Virus record (IMG/VR): IMGVR_UViG_3300025018_000093
Length of the DNA stretch: 64,000 nucleotides
Strand: one strand, 5' to 3'
Origin: a virus
Lineage: Duplodnaviria > Caudoviricetes
The translations under genes and the position numbers were made by a program. Every line of letters starts with the position of its first letter. The stretch's first letter is position 1. Under the pieces are notes generated by a model, which searched no databases, was not told where the DNA came from, and saw only the letters and a program-made list of their open reading frames with translations. Shown one piece after another: positions 11,301 to 21,551 of the stretch.

Positions 11301-11772
11301 GGACTACCAGGTAGTCCCTGCTTGGTCCACAGAGTCTGTGAACGTCTATCTGTTACGGGATGCGCTGAGCAATGCCACCCTCGACGGCGGCGGGTCTGCA
11401 TCGGACTTTCGCGGTGTCTTTCAAGATGACTTGGAGCTGGAGCTTCAAGTGGTGCAGCCGAGTGTTGTCGGAAATGCCCCAGGAAGAGCTTACATCATAG
11501 GGGACGATGGGCTGGTGATTCCCGGTATCAGCGATGATGCCACATTGATCGCGCAAGGTTACGTCACCAGTGCTGCCATCACAGCACAGCGTGAAGTGCT
11601 CACGGCCAACCATATCTTGATCAGTTTGACGCAAGGGGAGACACCTCTTTTGTACAACTACTCCGTGACCTACCTGGTAGGCTACGACTCCGGGGTGAAG
11701 CGGATTGAGGCGGGGACAATGGAGTCTCTTTCACTAGGGACTTTGACGTTCACCTATGATGAGGATCGCTGA
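8317..11772 (+). CDS. Baseplate J-like (T4 gp6 / P2 gpJ-like) wedge protein with N- and C-terminal extensions
   Basis: GEVTFY...IPIGSVV...VSVQAENPGSAGN...VVNESRTFGGTDRES is the baseplate-J signature. ATG 8317 directly follows the upstream TAG and is preferred over the track start at 8272. Confidence 0.8.
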   Translation: MATAPKFLGPDGELREKLTFSTGIPTRFFMGEIADNTVDLQVAIRGGSYTSDPDFVVFEGTQFTIPNPTSYPEGLDLVAGDNAISIRAIDTAGSVSAPALAVARLVQESSLGLLVQAPTAIVIERLDNTVRITVEGIDNSTFRGINFYASVSPGGGTSGYYPINVRLVTDYESTEFVAKLASLGVDSDIALGPDEAPAADPLYFRVFATQEDQNAVVLQTDFNERLGLDETVRKLRTEMTVSSVRSVKLFHFEHNRLGSPEDTPATLPRSEFSALPTTDPLYYVAKAVFYDPIGQLEVESTGFSPEVLGSPLQVSTGLGGLPVVSRDRISQQLELSIFRSQPDLNIQPGSVIRDTFIDPGSAELARVRFLVDFIHRAQSFPDLLRIDDPALSGSSVPVSQSSYKLNLKQALQLVQDADVQSVIDQAFEKLASRLGKQRLQGYKSRGEVTFYTTRRPTATIPIPIGSVVSGGSLRYRTIEAASITLENIATFYSGTTGRYSVRVSVQAENPGSAGNISANQIRAIVSGPSGLSVVNESRTFGGTDRESNRDLAVRTQNALASVDTSTEAGLIQMASGVPGVSEIRVVPSGSDYMQRDFDASANIHRGGKVDIWVRGTQVNTVTDAFAFSFQIENDVLFEVVGDPLDLRFKALSTSLSPTNPIIQMLDIPSRGMGFRNDTSGTDFNLTGVTIEDYNLIVLDTAIPQPSVSLTDIVRGDIRFRDSDKYVFPRQPVTRINFLRGGVTGSVDSAAYTLQRLADPLVLGRSTMAGNYLQITDTQSGITIPSGSPVVITGESHVLIGETIEYLNNLGINLLTIRVFNSSRTIEYNGPFDSSGAVDYTILDGDQESPVAIVRTETGSIATGQEVLVDYDHDENFVVSYDSNFLVTAVQGDVDNFRSMTADILAKESVINSVNISATVVLSRGQRPDTVDSAIRTNLENYMRGLGMKDPLRPSDVVGVIEGTVGVSFVILPMTKMVRNTGDLIIREALVSDQTVDYQVVPAWSTESVNVYLLRDALSNATLDGGGSASDFRGVFQDDLELELQVVQPSVVGNAPGRAYIIGDDGLVIPGISDDATLIAQGYVTSAAITAQREVLTANHILISLTQGETPLLYNYSVTYLVGYDSGVKRIEAGTMESLSLGTLTFTYDEDR

Positions 11773-13061
11773 TGTCCGATAAGAAGCTCTTCCCCGTAGC
11801 TCTCAATCAGAACCCAGCCCCTACCAAGCTGGAGGGGCAGGACTTCGAGCATAAGCATCGTGCGCAGGTTGAGAACATCCTAGGGGACTTCCTGCGTCTC
11901 TTGCCCGACAACTACATCGCTCAGATACCGGGTCCACACTACCTTCTTCAGTACCAGGCTTTTGCGGAAGCGATCTCTGAGGTTCAGATCACAGCTCAGG
12001 AAGTGTTTGAGGATGCGGACTTTGACTTCACTAGAAGCGAGTTCCTTTTTCAGATTTTGGGAGCTTTGGTCTTCCCCAGGGGAACTTCAGAAGGGATACC
12101 CACTCTGGAGGGAGACGCCACCTACAGAGACTTCCTGAAAGCAATGGTCCTTCTGCTCCTGCGGGGGGCTAAGCCTGATGTTGTGAAGGAAGGGATTGAG
12201 CTGCTCACAGATTCCCAGATTCAGATCATTGAGAAGGCTCTAGCCGCTAGAAACACCGAGGGGTCCATCTGGGGATTTGATGAGCAATTCGAGTTCGAGG
12301 TTAATGTCCTAACCAATGGTGGCACCGCCTTCCCCGCAGAGGACCCTTTTGTCCTCCAGGAGAATGTGCGGTTTGTGTTGCAAGCTCTGAAGCCTGCGCA
12401 TACCATTTACGAGTACCGACACCTTTTTCTGGACTCCTTCGGAAGTGTGTTTGAAGACACACCTCTTTGGGACATTTCCCAGTATTTCTATGACGACTTC
12501 CGTCGTTACTGTGGTGGTGCCAAGAGCATTACGGGGGATGCCGGGAAGACCTTGACTGATCTTCGTCTATTCTCGGATGTCACTCGTGTGTTCGATTCTG
12601 TGCTTCCAGGAGCAAAGTTGGTCATTGAGTCCGGGGTGAACGTTGGGGTTTACCGCGTGGAGGAAGTCCTTGGCCTTCCTGTGGGAACAGATGCAACCCC
12701 ACGCAGCTACACCACCTCCCCGACGGGTCTCCGTGGTACGTTGACCGTTGTAGATGACGATCTTGAAGATGCCTCCCAGGATTGGAGTTTGGCAGAAGAG
12801 GGTGAGGTCATCACTATCAACTCAGGTCCCAACTCAGGAAACTACCGTTTGGGGATCGTTTTAGGGTTGAATGGTGGACCTGTGGGCTTCGCGACAGGTC
12901 CGGAAACGAAAGTTCGTGTGTCCCGGAGTTTGCTCCGGCTGACGAAGCGTATGGCCTATGTGACAAGCGGGCAGTCCTACACCGTTGAAGTGGACTACTT
13001 GGGGGTCAAGGAACCGAGAACCGTGTCGAGCGAAGATGCTTCGGCACTTTTCTATTTATGA
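11772..13061 (+). CDS. Baseplate wedge / tail protein (P2 gpI-like position)
   Basis: TGATG coupling to the J-like gene. FLFQILGALV...DATYRDFLKAMVLLLLRGAKP..VKEGIELL resembles gpI-type wedge proteins. Confidence 0.55.
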   Translation: MSDKKLFPVALNQNPAPTKLEGQDFEHKHRAQVENILGDFLRLLPDNYIAQIPGPHYLLQYQAFAEAISEVQITAQEVFEDADFDFTRSEFLFQILGALVFPRGTSEGIPTLEGDATYRDFLKAMVLLLLRGAKPDVVKEGIELLTDSQIQIIEKALAARNTEGSIWGFDEQFEFEVNVLTNGGTAFPAEDPFVLQENVRFVLQALKPAHTIYEYRHLFLDSFGSVFEDTPLWDISQYFYDDFRRYCGGAKSITGDAGKTLTDLRLFSDVTRVFDSVLPGAKLVIESGVNVGVYRVEEVLGLPVGTDATPRSYTTSPTGLRGTLTVVDDDLEDASQDWSLAEEGEVITINSGPNSGNYRLGIVLGLNGGPVGFATGPETKVRVSRSLLRLTKRMAYVTSGQSYTVEVDYLGVKEPRTVSSEDASALFYL

Positions 13062-13117
13062 GAGCAGCCAGGGGAGAGATGTTCCTCAGGCGTCGTTCCA
13101 GAGTATGAGAGGGCAAG

Positions 13118-16009
13118 ATGGCCGCTGTCATCCAGAGTGCAATTACCGCAAAGCCAACCATCAATGGTGCCAGCCGGAACGATCTCCGCGCGGGCGATCT
13201 TGTGACGTTGGCCGCTTTCGATCTGTCCCACACTACGTACAGCTGGACGTTGGCGGATACCCCAGAGACCAAGGAGGGGACTCCATCTTCTGCGGTACTC
13301 TCTACGACAACAGGTACTGGTCCCATTACGTTCACTGTGGACAACGAGGGTTCGTACTTGATCCGGTTGATCGTGGATGCCGGACTTGGTACTGAGGACA
13401 CTCAGTTTGTTTGCCTACGCTACCTGACTGTCTTCGGTGACCTCCAGCTAGCGGCAGCCGGGGAACGTCGTGATGAGACGGGGAGCATTCCCGTGGATGC
13501 GGCTCCCGAGGGTTGGGCACGAAATCAGAACATCAACCTTCTTCGCATCCTAGCCTATGTGCAGAGAGTATCCACGAGTGGGCGGACGATCACCGTCGAT
13601 GCTAATCGAGGGTTGGATCACCTCAATCCTGTGGATGATCCCACCATCGCAGAGGGATTTGCGGATTACAGCACCATCTCGGCGGCCATTTCTGCTGCCT
13701 TGTCCATGTCTCCAGCCCCGAGCCTAAATGATCCTGTGGTCATCCAGGTGTTTCCAGGGTATTACGTGGAGAATGTGGACTTCTTCTCGCATGTGCATGT
13801 AGTTGGCGTGTCCAACCACGCAACGGATTCCAGAGACCGTTCCGTGGTTATCCGGACAGCGAGCGTGTCTCCGATGCACAGCGCACATGTGACAGGTGCA
13901 GGGCAGTTCTGCTTGCTCTCCAACCTTACCTTGGAGAACGTGGGGGCCACGAGCGATCCTGTGCTGAGCAAGATCGGGTCCGGTACCCTATATCTGCATC
14001 GCTGCACCATTCTCCAGAATGGGAATGATCCCGCGCAAGGTCCTGCCTACAGCCATGACGGTGGGTGGGTCATTGGCAATGGGTGCACGGTGCAGTCCAA
14101 CGTGACTGCCGATGGTCAGCGTCTGGCACTTCGACAAAACACAACCTCCACAGATATGCTGTGGATTGACAGTGATTTCACGGGACCAAGTGCTATCGCT
14201 ATCGGCGCCTCGAATCTCCCGCTCATGAACGCGGAGTTTCGGGGGTGCCGAATGGACTCCACGTTTGTCTCTTCCAGTTCCTGGGCAGTCCAGTCCAATG
14301 CAGAGCTTCTCGTTCTGGACCGCTGTGACGTGAACATCTCTGGAGGTCTCAGCACAAAGGCTGTGGATATCCACCCCGATGCTGGAGTCCACGGGTCCAA
14401 TCTTGTGGTTGACGTGCGTTGGTGCCATGTGGTTGGTGACATCAACTTCAACACGACAGGAGTGGTAGGGGACACCCGGCTGCGCTTGGGTGCTTCGGAC
14501 TACAGTGCCGTAAACATTACGGGTGCCCTGACAGAGCAGACGGCAACTGTTGAGGGGACTAGTCTTTTCTATGACAATTCTGTTACCGGGATCACTCCCG
14601 AGAATGTGCAGGATGCTCTGGACCACATTTTTGCCGTCATCTCCAGCACTGGCATCGGAAGTTACGTCCTGACTCTGAGCACCGCCTACAATGGGATGGA
14701 CCCCCTCACAGCGTTGTCCGGAGCAGGGGATGGGCGAAGAATCTTAGCCGATTCCGGTGCTGTGATCATTCAGGCAGCCAATCCACCCCTTAGCTCTCCG
14801 CTTCTGGGGCAGACAGACGGATGGTTGCAGGTGGAGGGGAACGTACAGATCGGTGGCATCAATGCCCCAGAGCTAGACCTAGACCCCAATTCCTACGGGG
14901 TGGGACCGCAGATCCTTGGCGGTAGCCTGGTGTACCCCGACATTGCAGCTACTCCGCATCGGGCTATCCCCGCATTCATTATCCGAGCAAATGCCACGGG
15001 GTCGGCTCTCAACCACAGCTACAATCTCCTCTTGGAGTCCAAGACGGCATCCGATGCCTCGCGAGGAGAAATCGGTCGTTTGCTTCTCCGTGGTGGTGAT
15101 AGTCTGAGCGGTGGTTCGGGAGCACCTCCGGACGCAGGGAGCATTTACCTTCAAGGAGGTTGTGGTCATGCAGCTACTGGGGACCCAGGTAATGTCTGGC
15201 TATCCCCGGGCCGCAACCTGCTTCTAGGGACGACCGGAAAAGTTTGGTTCACCAACCCCACGTCGGGGTCTAGCGCGACTCTGGATGCTTCAAGTGCATT
15301 TGTAGGCGGTGTGTCTGGTGACATCACCTTCTATGTTTCCGGGGTGGGGTTGGTCACCGCAAGTATCCTCAACGTAGACCTCCTGGCAACTGTGCAGACC
15401 AAGTTGAACGCACTTCCAGGTCTTTCCTGCGCTGTGGATGCGGCCAACGACCCTATTCAGATCACCACGTTAGCTGCGGGGAAAAACGCGGAGGTGTACT
15501 TCACCGAGGATAACCAAGGGGGAGCCCTCAACACGGCACTAGGAAACTTCAGTATCGGTGGAGGGTCCACTTTCGTTCCCGGTGGGTGGGCGGAAGAGGT
15601 TAGCATTGGGGCTACTGGAGCTTCAGAGCTGACTATCTTTGGGGACCTCATTGTCACGGGGTCGTTCAGTGCTGGTGGAAGTGGTGCTTTCTTCTTGAAC
15701 AGAAAGACCATCACGGTTGCGGATTCCCCCTACACTGTGCTGAACACAGACCACTATCTTGGGGTAAACACTACAGGCGGTGCTGTGGTCATCAACCTCC
15801 CAACAACACTACCAGGTTCTGGGGATGGTCGAGAGTTGTACATCAAAGACGAGGGCGGCAATGCGGCGGCCAATACCATCACCGTGCAAATCGCCGGGGG
15901 TGCTTTGATCGATGACGGGTCCGATCTTGTTCTCTCTGCGGACTGGGCTGGTGTGACGATGGTAGCAAATGGTCTGACAGGAGCTTCCACACGGTGGTAC
16001 GTTGTGTAA
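13118..16009 (+). CDS. Tailspike/tail-fibre-like protein with PKD-like N-terminus and probable right-handed beta-helix
   Basis: YSTISAAISAA...VVIQVFPGYYVENV is a typical beta-helix start. Has an NVQDALD motif and a C-terminal fibre-like domain (YTVLNTDHYLGVNTTGGAVVINLP...YIKDEGGNA). Confidence 0.6.
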   Translation: MAAVIQSAITAKPTINGASRNDLRAGDLVTLAAFDLSHTTYSWTLADTPETKEGTPSSAVLSTTTGTGPITFTVDNEGSYLIRLIVDAGLGTEDTQFVCLRYLTVFGDLQLAAAGERRDETGSIPVDAAPEGWARNQNINLLRILAYVQRVSTSGRTITVDANRGLDHLNPVDDPTIAEGFADYSTISAAISAALSMSPAPSLNDPVVIQVFPGYYVENVDFFSHVHVVGVSNHATDSRDRSVVIRTASVSPMHSAHVTGAGQFCLLSNLTLENVGATSDPVLSKIGSGTLYLHRCTILQNGNDPAQGPAYSHDGGWVIGNGCTVQSNVTADGQRLALRQNTTSTDMLWIDSDFTGPSAIAIGASNLPLMNAEFRGCRMDSTFVSSSSWAVQSNAELLVLDRCDVNISGGLSTKAVDIHPDAGVHGSNLVVDVRWCHVVGDINFNTTGVVGDTRLRLGASDYSAVNITGALTEQTATVEGTSLFYDNSVTGITPENVQDALDHIFAVISSTGIGSYVLTLSTAYNGMDPLTALSGAGDGRRILADSGAVIIQAANPPLSSPLLGQTDGWLQVEGNVQIGGINAPELDLDPNSYGVGPQILGGSLVYPDIAATPHRAIPAFIIRANATGSALNHSYNLLLESKTASDASRGEIGRLLLRGGDSLSGGSGAPPDAGSIYLQGGCGHAATGDPGNVWLSPGRNLLLGTTGKVWFTNPTSGSSATLDASSAFVGGVSGDITFYVSGVGLVTASILNVDLLATVQTKLNALPGLSCAVDAANDPIQITTLAAGKNAEVYFTEDNQGGALNTALGNFSIGGGSTFVPGGWAEEVSIGATGASELTIFGDLIVTGSFSAGGSGAFFLNRKTITVADSPYTVLNTDHYLGVNTTGGAVVINLPTTLPGSGDGRELYIKDEGGNAAANTITVQIAGGALIDDGSDLVLSADWAGVTMVANGLTGASTRWYVV

Positions 16010-16036
16010 TGTGCATCCCGCCCACAGTGAGTCTCT

Positions 16037-19000
16037 ATGTCTATCTTCGATCCCAGTGAGTGTTATGAGCTGAGCGACTTTGGCTTTGGACCGTTTCCAG
16101 AGGCAGGAGCCACGGTAGTTGTTTATCCTCCGCATCCCACGGGTGCGGGGTACGGGGGATCCGCATATGGGTTCTTTCCGTATGGGAGTCGAAGCCAGTT
16201 CCTAGACCCCGCCACTATTGAGGGGGGCTACGGTGGAGACGCTTACGGGACAGCGGCATTCGGGTCAAAGACGCTCTTCCCGGCACCCCCCATTCCGGTC
16301 TTCGGCGGGTACGGGGGGAACCCCTACGGGTATGGACCGTATGGGTCCATTGAGCTGACACCACCCACGATCACAGGTGCCTTCAGCCTGGATGGGTTCC
16401 GCATTGAAGTCTTCTTCAGTGAGGAAATGGGGATAAACGGGGACCTGTTGGACCCCGCGTCCTACACGTTGTCCACTCTGGCCGGGGCAGCTCCGTCTAC
16501 GGTTCGGTCCGTGGTGGTTAGCGTCAAGGGGGTTGTGGGGGCGACTTCTGTCATTGTCACACACAGCGGCACAACGCTTGGGGGCGTGTATCGTTTGACT
16601 GTGGTTGGTCCCGTGGACCTCTCTGCGAATGCGATTGAGGACTTGGGGCTGAACACAGCAGACCTACTCACACTTGGCCACCCGCCGACGTTCACTGCAG
16701 TCCCGATCTCTGGTAGCCAGGTTGTCGTGCAATTCAGCCATGACATGTTGGCTGCGGGATACTTTCCTGGCATTGCGGACACTACCAACTATCAGTTCAC
16801 CCCGGAGCCGTCCTACCCAGTTACCCTAGCAGCCACGAATGTCACGCACCCCTACTTAGGGGATGCTGCACAGATCCTTTTGGACGTGCAGGGGATGACT
16901 TCTCTGCTGTATGAATTGAGCATTGAGCCCGCCGTCGCGTTCTACTATGACGGTTCCTACCTCCCAAGTATCTCTGAGGACTTCATTGGCACCGAGGTGG
17001 GAACAGGAACCTCCACGGTAGCGGGTGGGGCACTCTATCTGAGCAAGAGCAGCGGTGTAAGCTACGGGTGGAACTTTGAAGACTTGACGGGAAAGGTTGT
17101 TCCCGCAAGTTCCTTCCGGGTGGACTTCTCGTTTGACGTCTCTTCTGCGCAGTTTGTCCCTACCCTGTTTGATGCTGTGCTGGGTGCTCTCTACATCAAT
17201 GATGGTGGTGTGGAGGCGGTTCTTCTCATTGAGAAAGTTGCGGGTGAGGACGTCATCACAATTCAGAGCGGTGCTTACTCCGCTTCTGTTCGTGCCAACT
17301 GGAGCGCAGGTCCTTCTATCCTCACGCTAGTGCGCAACCAGTACGCGGACATCTACGCCTTCTTGTTCAACAACACCCCTCTGGCTTCCACGTCCACGGC
17401 CAACTACACGGGGTCTCCCACGATCCCTTCCGGGGTGCAATTCATCCTGGGAACAACCTACCAAGTCACAGGACTCAAGGTCGGCAAGTTCACCTTCACA
17501 GCTAGCCAAACCGTTTACTCGGCGGCGTGGAACTTCCTGCACGACCAGACGACTTCTTTCACGGGAAGCGATGCGCGGACGAAAAGCACGCTCCTGACAG
17601 AGAAGGGTCCTCTGGTGAAAGGATGGGGGGATGGCACTCCGGCGACTAAGCAGGATGTCATCGTCCGTCTCAATGGGGTCGCTGTAGAGGTTGCTTCCGT
17701 CAACCCCTACCTGGGTGAGGTTACGCTTGCGGTTCCCGTCCCCCTGATGCCCGTTGGGGCTCTCACGGTGGAGGTGGACTACGATTGGTTTCCTGTCCCT
17801 ACGATGGAGCTGGCTGGCCTCAACACTCCGGGACTGGTCCTGAACAAGTGGGACAACCCAAGAGGGCTTCTTAGCACTCCGATTGTGTCCGATGCACTGG
17901 GAGCCGTGGACAGCGATTCTCGATTCCCCATGCGCGTGGTGCTTGGTCCAATTGAGCGTCCACAACCTAAGCGTATTGGGCATCGCTATCTGGGGTTCGA
18001 GCTGGACTACTCCGCTCTCTTGAACAACCCCACAACGCTGCTCCTGAACCAGAACCCACACAGTATTGCAGTCGAGGACTTCGAGGATTCCCCAGAGGGT
18101 GTCTCCGTTGGCTACAGTGGACAGACGGCACCCTTGGAAGCGTCAACCCCCTGGAACTTGCAGGGAGTAGACTTGGGTGGTGTGCAGGATGACGGGGAAA
18201 CCTACAATCTGGTTGACGCCTCCTCGGGATCTTTTGGGGTTGGAACCGAGGGGTTCTACTATCAAGATGTGGACCTTACGTTCCCCTCTTCCGTTGTGCT
18301 TGCAGCTCGGTTCTTTGCGACGAGCTACGAAGCTGACGGCGTGTTTAGTGGACTTGCTTTTGGTGTCCACAACAATCGCCGTCTTTTCCTCGTAGGTTGT
18401 CTAAGCATCAATGGAGTACAGCACCTGGGGATGTTGAAGGACCTCGCGCTCCCGCACCTAGAAAAGTCCTGGGAGTTAGGTCCGAAGATCGAAGCTACGA
18501 TACTGGGTCCACTCCAGTGCAAGTTTTTGTCTGCGTCCTTTCCCACCTCCATTGAGAAGGGTGACAGGTTCCAGATTCTGTCTGGACCCCAGGCGGGGAC
18601 CTATCTCATTGATTCCTTCGTGGCACAGTCGGATGGCACCACCACGGTTACCGTGGACAGTACAAGTCCATTCCCGGAGAACCCCTACTACTGGGGGAAT
18701 GATAAGGCGGATGCTGTCTTCGAGGTACTCTGGGAGAACACTCCTTCGACGTACCGTTTGGTTGTGGACACCCAGAGTGGGGGAGCACAACTCTATGTCT
18801 CTGGTGAGATTAGCTCCCTAGCGATCACTTTGAACTCTTTGCCCGAGGTGGCGCTAGCTGCACAGACGACCTTTATGCTGGACACGTCTGGTGGGGGGCA
18901 AGTTTTCTGGGGGTCCCTGGGTCGCCTTCAAACGAACAGCAGTGTTTGGTCTTTTTTCCGTTATGGGGTGACCCCGCAGCAGACTACTTTCCACAGTCGT

Positions 19001-21541
19001 GGCATTGTCGTTTTCACAGACCTTGGGCAGACGCTTCCAGAGAACGATCCCAACACCGAGTGGTTCCGCACGCAGGACTTTGGGTATGCTATCCGGGACA
19101 CTCGCAATTTCCCTGGGACACTCCTCAAGTCTCTTTCCACTGATCCGAGTCTGGACGTCAGTTTCGGGTATGGGAGAGTGGAGCCCTTGCTCACTCTCAA
19201 TGACAATGTGGACTTCGAGGGAAAGTTTCGGGTGGAGTCCGGCACGCTTGGGTTTGGTGACGCACAGGTGTCCATCCAAGACACGCATCGAGAGGTGCGT
19301 CTTGGGACAGTGCTGTACCGTGAAGACGTCACGAAGACACCCTATCGCCAGCTAGTGATCCTGCCCTCAGCTTCGCTTACAGGGTTGCAAACACCCGAGG
19401 TGCTGGGGTGGGAGATTTCGACAGGAAACAACCTCTCCGCGTTTGCTCGTGGACAGCGGGTAACAACCACGCAGGCGCTTGGGACGTCTGGGACGTGGTA
19501 CACAGATGTTGATCTTGCGGGGATGAACTTCCCGGATGAGGGGAGTCGTATCCTGGAGTCCCGCTTTCGGGTTCTCTCCTACACGGTAAGTGGAACTGGA
19601 GACACGGGGATACTCTTTGGGGGGGAAGCTGGAGTTGGTGGAGGAGGGGGTCTAACGGGGAGGTTGGTTGCGCTGACGCTGTTGAATGACGGCAAGCCGG
19701 AGATTGCGCTTACCTCGAACGGGGCACCCCTCCAGACCTACGACTTCGAGTGGGATGATGAGGAGCTGCACACGTATCGCATTCTGGTGGATGGTATTGC
19801 GAGCACGGTGACCCTTGTCCTAGACGATATTGTTCAAACCCCCACGTTAGCCCTGTCCTCTTTTCAGAGCACCTCCCTGAACACCATGTTGTTCTTGGGG
19901 GCCTTCGGGACGGATACCGCTCACGTTGTGGAGTGGGATGCGCTTTCTTCTTCGGTGTGTCCACCCCAGGATGCGAAGAGGACCCTAGGCTTCTGGTTGG
20001 GGGGCGATACAGGGGACATCGATAACCTCAGACTCCCTAGGACAGATGGGACGAAGGCCTCGAATAGCACGAATCTGGCAACCCTCGTAGAGATGGACTG
20101 GCGGGACAGCATTGAGTTCCGAGTGCATCGCGATGCAAACTGGGGCGTCATCCTCCAGCGTCCTGATCTTCCCCTCCCACCGAATTACACGGAGACCTTT
20201 GTCACAGAGATCACGGAGCCCAGTGCAGGGTGGATTTCCGTGGAGTACGCGGAGCTTCCCATTCAGGGGGAGCTGTTCGGAAAGATCCTTTGGGGGTCCC
20301 TGGATGCGGGGTCTATCTCCCAGCAGAGATGGTTCACGACAAGCTATCGAATCTACAAGCACTTTAGCGATGACTACCGCTCGCCGCAGAATATGGTGCT
20401 TAACCGGGTCAATGTCATCACCAGTGGAGAGCCTCTGGTGGACACAACCCCAGAGCTGGTGGTGGTCACATCTCTATCTGCCACCCTCATTTCCTTGCGT
20501 CCGACGAACATCTTCGCGAATGCCATTTACCGGGTGCTGGAAGGGGATGACACCCTTATCCCTTATGGGACGTGGCGTTTTGATAGGGACAGCCAAACCA
20601 TCTTCCTGGACAACGCCCTTTCTGGGGAGAACGTCCCTGTCACAGTTGTGTTTGGTCCGGGGAAACCCTACACGGCAACCTATCTGGAAGCGCAACCGCT
20701 TCTTGATAGCATCACTCTCCTGAATGAAGGCACACCTCCTGTCCCGAAGCAGCAGCAGGAAGGTTCCATCCTAGTCCCTACGTCGGGATCTAGGGTGAAT
20801 GATCCGAATGATGTACTGAACACGGATACGGACTTCATACTGAATGATCCCTACACGTATCTTCGGGATGAGAGAGACGAAAATGCGCTTTACGCCGATA
20901 TGGACTTCTTCGAGGTCACTAACGGCGGTGAGGAGGGTCTTCTCTCCTCTCTTTGTGACGATACTTTCAGCGGCCACGGGCTACTGGAATTGGGCTTCTC
21001 TGGTGGACTCACCTTCCAGGAGACACTCAAGACGCCTATCGGGGATTACACCGGAATCTCGGGAGCTGGTCTCACTACCGGGATCGGGGTGGGGTATCCT
21101 CCTTCTTCGGTCAGTCCCAGCCCGTTTAGTATGGGCGGCACGTCCATTTTATTTGCAAGCGGTGGTGGCTTTCTCGGAGGTGCTGTTGGGACTTCCTTGG
21201 TGTACCCCAACTATCCATCCAGAGGTAGACCTGGAGAGGGTCTGGGTGGGATCAACCGGGGCGCCACATTCCACCTGAGCTTGACTTCTGTCTTTTCCGA
21301 CTTGGTTCTCGCTGTAGAGATTCCTTTGGAGGACAGTTTCGAGTCGGATGCGTGGACGGATGCCGCTTCTGCGACGATGGAGACGCCTGCAGAGTATACT
21401 CGTGCAGGACCCTGGGGGGGCCTACCCTCCCTGCTAGATGATTCTCTTGTGGCGGGCGGTGCTGCAATCATTTCAGGGGTGTTTGTTGCAGCCGGAGGGT
21501 ACCCGCTTTCACAATCCACCCTGGCAAGTGTATCTTTATAG
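16037..21541 (+). CDS. Very large virion structural protein (1834 aa) with Gly-Tyr repeats, Ig-like and lectin-like modules
   Basis: Three GxYGGxxYG repeats at the N-terminus, two Ig-like segments (IEVFFSEEM; VVVQFSHDM) and repeated beta-sandwich-like blocks. Located in the tail operon. Confidence 0.6.
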   Translation: MSIFDPSECYELSDFGFGPFPEAGATVVVYPPHPTGAGYGGSAYGFFPYGSRSQFLDPATIEGGYGGDAYGTAAFGSKTLFPAPPIPVFGGYGGNPYGYGPYGSIELTPPTITGAFSLDGFRIEVFFSEEMGINGDLLDPASYTLSTLAGAAPSTVRSVVVSVKGVVGATSVIVTHSGTTLGGVYRLTVVGPVDLSANAIEDLGLNTADLLTLGHPPTFTAVPISGSQVVVQFSHDMLAAGYFPGIADTTNYQFTPEPSYPVTLAATNVTHPYLGDAAQILLDVQGMTSLLYELSIEPAVAFYYDGSYLPSISEDFIGTEVGTGTSTVAGGALYLSKSSGVSYGWNFEDLTGKVVPASSFRVDFSFDVSSAQFVPTLFDAVLGALYINDGGVEAVLLIEKVAGEDVITIQSGAYSASVRANWSAGPSILTLVRNQYADIYAFLFNNTPLASTSTANYTGSPTIPSGVQFILGTTYQVTGLKVGKFTFTASQTVYSAAWNFLHDQTTSFTGSDARTKSTLLTEKGPLVKGWGDGTPATKQDVIVRLNGVAVEVASVNPYLGEVTLAVPVPLMPVGALTVEVDYDWFPVPTMELAGLNTPGLVLNKWDNPRGLLSTPIVSDALGAVDSDSRFPMRVVLGPIERPQPKRIGHRYLGFELDYSALLNNPTTLLLNQNPHSIAVEDFEDSPEGVSVGYSGQTAPLEASTPWNLQGVDLGGVQDDGETYNLVDASSGSFGVGTEGFYYQDVDLTFPSSVVLAARFFATSYEADGVFSGLAFGVHNNRRLFLVGCLSINGVQHLGMLKDLALPHLEKSWELGPKIEATILGPLQCKFLSASFPTSIEKGDRFQILSGPQAGTYLIDSFVAQSDGTTTVTVDSTSPFPENPYYWGNDKADAVFEVLWENTPSTYRLVVDTQSGGAQLYVSGEISSLAITLNSLPEVALAAQTTFMLDTSGGGQVFWGSLGRLQTNSSVWSFFRYGVTPQQTTFHSRGIVVFTDLGQTLPENDPNTEWFRTQDFGYAIRDTRNFPGTLLKSLSTDPSLDVSFGYGRVEPLLTLNDNVDFEGKFRVESGTLGFGDAQVSIQDTHREVRLGTVLYREDVTKTPYRQLVILPSASLTGLQTPEVLGWEISTGNNLSAFARGQRVTTTQALGTSGTWYTDVDLAGMNFPDEGSRILESRFRVLSYTVSGTGDTGILFGGEAGVGGGGGLTGRLVALTLLNDGKPEIALTSNGAPLQTYDFEWDDEELHTYRILVDGIASTVTLVLDDIVQTPTLALSSFQSTSLNTMLFLGAFGTDTAHVVEWDALSSSVCPPQDAKRTLGFWLGGDTGDIDNLRLPRTDGTKASNSTNLATLVEMDWRDSIEFRVHRDANWGVILQRPDLPLPPNYTETFVTEITEPSAGWISVEYAELPIQGELFGKILWGSLDAGSISQQRWFTTSYRIYKHFSDDYRSPQNMVLNRVNVITSGEPLVDTTPELVVVTSLSATLISLRPTNIFANAIYRVLEGDDTLIPYGTWRFDRDSQTIFLDNALSGENVPVTVVFGPGKPYTATYLEAQPLLDSITLLNEGTPPVPKQQQEGSILVPTSGSRVNDPNDVLNTDTDFILNDPYTYLRDERDENALYADMDFFEVTNGGEEGLLSSLCDDTFSGHGLLELGFSGGLTFQETLKTPIGDYTGISGAGLTTGIGVGYPPSSVSPSPFSMGGTSILFASGGGFLGGAVGTSLVYPNYPSRGRPGEGLGGINRGATFHLSLTSVFSDLVLAVEIPLEDSFESDAWTDAASATMETPAEYTRAGPWGGLPSLLDDSLVAGGAAIISGVFVAAGGYPLSQSTLASVSL

Positions 21542-21551
21542 GGTGGTGGTG

